Assembly: GCA_951406725.2 (NCBI GenBank)
Contig: OX597815.1
Location: 161,076,001-161,140,000, forward strand
From: Octopus vulgaris
Taxonomy: Eukaryota
Direction of reading: 5' to 3'
Length of the DNA stretch: 64,000 bases
The position numbers and the translations under genes are program-made. The notes below the pieces were generated by a model, which was given only the letters and a program-made list of their open reading frames with translations, searched no databases and was not told the origin of the DNA. Each line of letters starts with the position of its first letter. Position 1 is the stretch's first letter. Below are positions 58,510-64,000 of the stretch, piece after piece.

Positions 58510-59465
58510 ATTAGACTTTGCCTTCCATCCGTTCGGGATCTATGAAAGTACTGGGAATGATATAATCGGCTAGTCCTCTCCCCCAACATTTCAGACCTTG
58601 TGCTTATAGCAGAAAGAATTATTATCGACTTGGCCTTTCATCCTTTTGAGGTCAATAAAATAAATTGAACGCTGGAGTTGATGTAATTGATTAGCCCTCT
58701 ACTCCAAATCTCAGATCATGTGCCTTTAGCAGAAAGGATTATTATTATTATCATTATTAAAATGTGACAAGGTGGCAATATCATTATTGTGCAAGGTAAT
58801 ATATTAAGTGGTATTTCACCCATCACTACATTCTGAGTTCAAATTCCACCAAGGTCGACTTTGCTTTTCATCCTTTCAGAGTTAATAAAATTGAACACTG
58901 GAACAGATGTAATTGACTAGACCCCTCTCTTGAAATTGCTGGCCCTTTGCCAAAATTTGAAACCATTATCACTACTACTACTACTATTATTACTACTATT
59001 ACTACAATTGTTAAGGCAGTGAGCAGGCTGAATTGTTAGTATGCCAGGCTAAATACTCAGTGGCATTTCATCTACTTTTATGTTCTGAGTTCAAATGCCA
59101 TAGAAGGGAACTTTGCCTTTCATCCTTTTAGAGTCAATAAATTAAATACCAGTCAAGCACTAGGGTTGATATAATTGAGGAGCCCTCTTCTCACAAGAAA
59201 ATTTCAGGCCTTGTACCTGTAGTAGAAAGGATTATTATTTTTATTAAGGTGATGAGTTGGCAGATTTGTTAGCATGCTGGATAAAATGCTTATCGGTATT
59301 TCATTTGTCACTACGTTCTGAGTTCAAATTCTGCCAAGGCCAACTTTGCCTTTCATCATTTCATGGCCGATAAAATAAGTACCAGTTGAATGCTGGGGGG
59401 GTCGATGTAATCAATGCATCTCCTCCCTCAAAATTGCTACCCTTGTGGCAAAATTTGAAACCATT
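58510..59465 (+). mobile_element. Head-to-tail array of about five family B SINEs or fragments separated by (TAT)/(TAC)n
   Basis: Repeated GCCTTTCATCCTT cores and alternating tails. Confidence 0.8.
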
Positions 59466-60041
59466 ATTGTTATTATCATATGTTTTGGTTTTGCTTTAAT
59501 TTATATGAGTTACACCTTAGTCTTAACCAGAGACATCAAGGGACAACAAGGTTTTGCATTTGAAGACATTAACAGATGAGGTGTTATGCAATTGAAAGCA
59601 CTGATGTCATGGGGAGTAGGGAGCAGAGAGTGAGTAAGGTTGCATATATTATTATTACTATTATTATTATTATTATTATTATTATGTAGTGTTATATTTT
59701 GTTATTGGTTCCCCGGTGCTTGCCATAAAAATCTAAAATTAAAAAGATTTTTTGCATATTTCGATTTTCTTTTTTTCTTTCATATCTTATAATGATCTGA
59801 TAAAAAGGATTTTCAGCTTTGAGTGCAGAAATGTAAATTGAATTAGATTGACACTGCAGTTGTACAGTAATTGCATTGGCATATGGGGTATAGAGCTGTG
59901 TCATATTAAATGTAGAGTAAAAATTAGATGCCATGCAGAAAAAAGCACCTCTACCATCAAGTAAACTGATGATAACTGTACTGTAGTATGAAATAAGGGT
60001 AGGAATAATATATCTATAAACATACATGTGTGTGTGTATCT

Positions 60042-60072
<31 letters not shown>

Positions 60073-60148
60073 ACATACATGCATATTATATATACACATA
60101 CACACAATATATATATATTTACATGCCCACCTTATATATACACATACA

Positions 60149-60179
<31 letters not shown>

Positions 60180-60644
60180 CTCTAACCACTGAGCCATGTG
60201 CCTTCACATATATATATACATACATATATATATATATTTTATACACACACACACACACACACATATATATATGCCCACTATACACACAAACACATTGTAC
60301 ACACAGATTCATACACAGCAGATGATTTTCTTTACTGTGTGAGTGATACAATCTTGTGTCTTGTGTTTTATTTCTAAAATACATTTTTGTCCTGGAATAT
60401 AATGCATTTATTCTGAGAATTTTATTTTCTTCAGGTCATAAGCAGTTCAATGCAATTTTGGCTATATATTAAGTCTTAATTTAGAGACAAATATTAAAAG
60501 TGCAGTCGGATGAGATTGGTTTAAACCTTTTAATGCTAAACTGACTGAAACTGTTACTGCTCCTCTGGTAAAAACTATGCATTTAAAGCAGTTAATCTTT
60601 GAATTTAAACTTTTCATTATGTTCCAAACACTAACTTAATAATA

Positions 60645-60858
60645 ATCCTTCCATCTATAGGCACAAGGCCTAAAATTTGGAGGGAGCGAGTACTATTGGA
60701 TTACACCAGCCCCAGTGCCTGGTTCTTATTTCATTGGCCCTGAAAAGATGAAAAGAAAAGTTAACTTGGGTGGGATTTGAGCTCACAATGCAAAGACAGA
60801 TGACATGCTTGGCAGCATTTTGTCTGGCTTGCTACCAATTTTGCCAGCTCATCGCCTT
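60645..60858 (-). mobile_element. Family B SINE
   Basis: Matches the consensus. Confidence 0.75.
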
Positions 60859-60861
60859 TAC

Positions 60862-61187
60862 TATCATCCTCATCATTCACATTTAATGTCTATTTTCCAT
60901 GCTGGCATGGGTTAGATGGTTTGACAGGAACTGTCAAGGCCAGGGGCCACAACACAATCCATGGTCTGTTTTGGCATGCCTTCTATAGCAGGATGCCCTT
61001 CCTAATGCCAACCACTCCACAGTGTGTGCTGGATGCTTTTTATATGGCACCATCACCAGTTCTTTTTATGTAGCACCAGCAGCTACACCAATGCTTTTTA
61101 CATGGCATCTTGGTTTTAGGATCTCAGTTGGGTTGTTATGGGTGGGTCTTTCTCGTGTATAGCAATGCACAACATATCTCGGCCCTC
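60862..61187 (-). mobile_element. Family C/RTE 3' end with a short internal tandem
   Basis: C tail plus three TTTTTATRTRGCA-like units, then RTE-end-like sequence. Confidence 0.75.
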
Positions 61188-61649
61188 ATAATGAAAATAT
61201 TAATTATTTTACTACTACTATGGTTGTTACTCAGAATCACCATGCTAGTCAACCTGAGGCTACAGAAAAAGATACTTGACCAAAATGCCGTGCAATGGGA
61301 CTGAATTTGAAACCATGTAGTTGTAAAGCTAGCTTCTTGACCTTTAGACTGCCTAATTAAATTTCCTGGTCATTCCTATAATGATGTTAATTATCCATCA
61401 TAAAATAGAATTGATATTTTCTGCTTCTGCAATACTTTTCCAGTATCTCCTGTTGGTACTGTTTTCATATCCATTACAAAAAGTATTTGATTTTTTTGCT
61501 CTGTAAAGAGATATTTGATAAAATATGTGAAGAACTTAAGAAAATCTGAAAAATTGTTCTTTGTAAAAAGTGTCTCCACTTTTTGCAGCATAAGGAAAGG
61601 TTTTTTTTCCCCACCAAAACCATGGAGTAAAGCTGCTTTCCACAGTTAA

Positions 61650-61910
61650 TTATCATTTAACATCTGTTCTCCATGCTGACATGGGCTGGAGAGTTTGATA
61701 GGAGCTGGCAAGGCTGGGAGCTGCACCAGTCTCCATTCTCTGTTTTGGTACAGTTTTTACAGTAGGATGCCCTTCCTAGTACCACCCACTTTACAGAGTG
61801 TACTAGATGCTTTTTATGTGGCACCAGCACCAATACATTTTACATAGCACTAGCACTGACAGGGTCACCAAGTACCTTGCAAGACAAAAAGCTCTTAGCT
61901 GGGAAGAGGG
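61650..61910 (-). mobile_element. Family C 3' end
   Basis: GGATGCCCTTCCTAGTACCACCCACTTTACAGAGTGTACTAGATGCTTTTT. Confidence 0.75.
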
Positions 61911-62168
61911 GGTATAATAAAATAAAATTTGGGGCAGATATATCTGCCTTTCACATTTAAAGGGTTAACCACATGGCCATGTCTCTGCTTTCTAAGGGAA
62001 AGATTTTTATCACATATTATATTCACATACAATTTATCTATTTCAATACTATTTTGGTGTTCTACTTCCTGAGTATTTTTGAAGAAATAACATTTGAATT
62101 AGACCAGACTAAAATTCCAGTTTTTGTTTATTATATTTGGTGTCTCGGTTCATGGACGATAGCCTTAC

Positions 62169-62351
62169 CTTGGTTGTTGGAGTTAAGACAGGGCAATTGA
62201 TGGTACTTACAGAAACATGTATTCATGATTGCCCTTTTATCTCCAGGAAAAATGCTTGTACTTTTCATTCTTGGCATTTGAACTTTGGAAAATTCTTGAT
62301 TCATGAGATTATATTATCTTCTTCTCAGTCATCATTGGCAATAGGGGTATT
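62169..62351 (-). other. Candidate exon with two in-phase donors
   Basis: Acceptor TTTTCTGCACCTCAACAG; donors TCT|GTAAGT (62211) and AAG|GTAAGG (62169), 42 nt apart; ATG at 62304 is open to both. Confidence 0.35.
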
Positions 62352-62739
62352 CTGTTGAGGTGCAGAAAATGGTTATAAATCTAGAATTTGTGTTTGTATG
62401 ATATTTGATATGATTGCAGGTAAGCACACTGCCATCAATTCATTGTAGGAGAGTTCACCACCATTAATTTACCATGAAGAAAGTTCACCATGAAAAAAGT
62501 TTACTAAGAAAATATATCTATAGTATCTCACAATTAACAGGTAAAAACTATTTCACTGAAAAAAGACAAAAAACAATGAATTGGGTGTTGGTGAACTTAC
62601 CAGACATGACTTGATATAATTGTATCCATCTATGATGGTGTGTGCGTGTGTGTGTGTGCACGAGCTTCATTAGCTTACAGCTATTTCTTCTCTAAGATGC
62701 AGTGCACTCAGAGCTGAGTGCTTACAGCTTCCTTGGAGC

Positions 62740-62945
62740 TTCTAGAATACATGCATACAGTGACATATAAACAAGCCAGTTATCAAGCTGTAGGAGACAA
62801 ACACAAATATAGGTACACAACAGGTTTCTTTCAATTTCCATCTTCCAAATCCACTCACAAGATTTTGTTGGCCATGGGCTATGGTAGAAGACACTTGCCC
62901 ATGGTGACACATAATTTGGAAGCAAGCTTCTTATCACACAACCAC
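62740..62945 (-). mobile_element. Family A SINE (degenerate)
   Basis: CAAATCCACTCACAAG..GAAGACACTTGCCC..GAAGCAAGCTTCTT. Confidence 0.7.
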
Positions 62946-63009
62946 GCGTGTGTGTGTATGTATGTGTGCGTGCGTGCTTGTGTGTGTGTGTGTGTGTGTG
63001 CGTGCGTGC

Positions 63010-63046
<37 letters not shown>

Positions 63047-64000
63047 CTTGCATGCGCACACGCGTGTATTATCATAGCATTTTACTGGTGGGCTTCTATA
63101 CATTTTCTTAATAAACTTTACATAGATTTTTCAAATATTGATTTCTGAAACCAGTACAAGGTCGCTCATTTGGGAACATGGCAACAATTGACTAAAGTGA
63201 CTGTATTACCTGACTGGTATTTATTTCATCAAACTTTAAAGTATGAAAAACAGATTTTATTTCTTCAAGATTTGATCTCAGAACTGTTCTCACAAATATC
63301 TCTAATGCAACCATAGCAATATTTTGTTCAGCTCAGTTTAACATTTATTATGAAGAATATTTCACTGCAACCGAACAATTTCAATGTTTTTTTTGTTGTT
63401 TTTTGAGGGTTTTTTACGTCTTTAGTACGTACACCACCACTCCTTGGCAAAATTTCCATTACTGCTAAGATATTAACAGGTTTCTTAATCTACTGTTGGG
63501 TTTCTGTTTATTTCTCTCTTACATGGTTAACATATACATACCTCTATGAAGAATAAAAGTACACATTATTTCTATCATTCTGGAATGAATAAAAACACCA
63601 GTAAAATCAGAAACTTGCGTGTTTTTGTTGCTTAGTACCATATTTCCTTGTATCAAGGATGCTACTTAGTTTTTTTTTTCTTAACATAAGTCTCAAAAAT
63701 TTACAGTGCATCTCAGCAAAGAAAGGTTACATTTTACATTAAGCAGTTTTAAATGAAGAAGGAAGTTATCTATGTTAAACTTACCATGTCCTTGTGCTTT
63801 AACACTAAAAGGAAAAAGAAATCCAGATAATAAGTAATCAATGAAATCTATGCGTTGCTAAGACATCAAAAAATATTGGTAAAGAATGTAAAAGTGCTAA
63901 TGGCTTGTTTGTGACCTTTTTTTTATCTTTTAAATGTTTTGCTCATTAAACTGTGGTCATACTGGGGCACCACTTTGAAGGATTTAGGTCAAACAAATCA

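Noticed and set aside
59692-60105. 137-aa minus-strand ORF
   Set aside because: N-terminus is microsatellite; the remainder has no motif, no donor site and intergenic-like composition
62415-62605. Possible MITE with GGTAAG..CAATTCATTG imperfect TIRs
   Set aside because: TIRs too degenerate, with no clear TSD or second copy

Overview
AT-rich, repeat-saturated eukaryotic DNA with no prokaryotic features (no operons, rRNA or CRISPR). The combination of tRNA-derived SINEs, RTE-type (GAT)n tails and (TA)n/(CA)n microsatellites is what I recognise from octopus (coleoid cephalopod) genomes; this organism call is an inference. Much of the window is interspersed repeat. I use working labels: family A (tRNA/CORE-like SINE with an internal TA/CA microsatellite), family B (tRNA-head SINE with a GCCTTTCATCCTTTCGGGGTCGATAAA core, often in head-to-tail arrays), family C (RTE-LINE 3' ends), family D (one shared tRNA head with several different tails) and family H (an older SINE-like repeat). 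There are also fossil LINE fragments (RTE, CR1/L2-like, CRE-like), Tc1/mariner and TTAA MITEs, and a non-autonomous Helitron. Nearly all ORFs in the supplied track are microsatellite or SINE artefacts, and no gene can be named. The most interesting signals are: (1) several minimal type-I hammerhead-ribozyme motifs in Penelope/retrozyme-like repeats, including a U3-A8 covariant core and a U4C core; (2) a chain of splice-signal-flanked unique segments on the minus strand, two of which join in frame to give a signal-anchor-type N-terminus; (3) long fold-back palindromes and inverted SINE pairs that could form dsRNA; (4) clear nested insertions. Repeat boundaries were read by eye and are approximate (about +/-10-20 nt) unless TSDs or TIRs are quoted.
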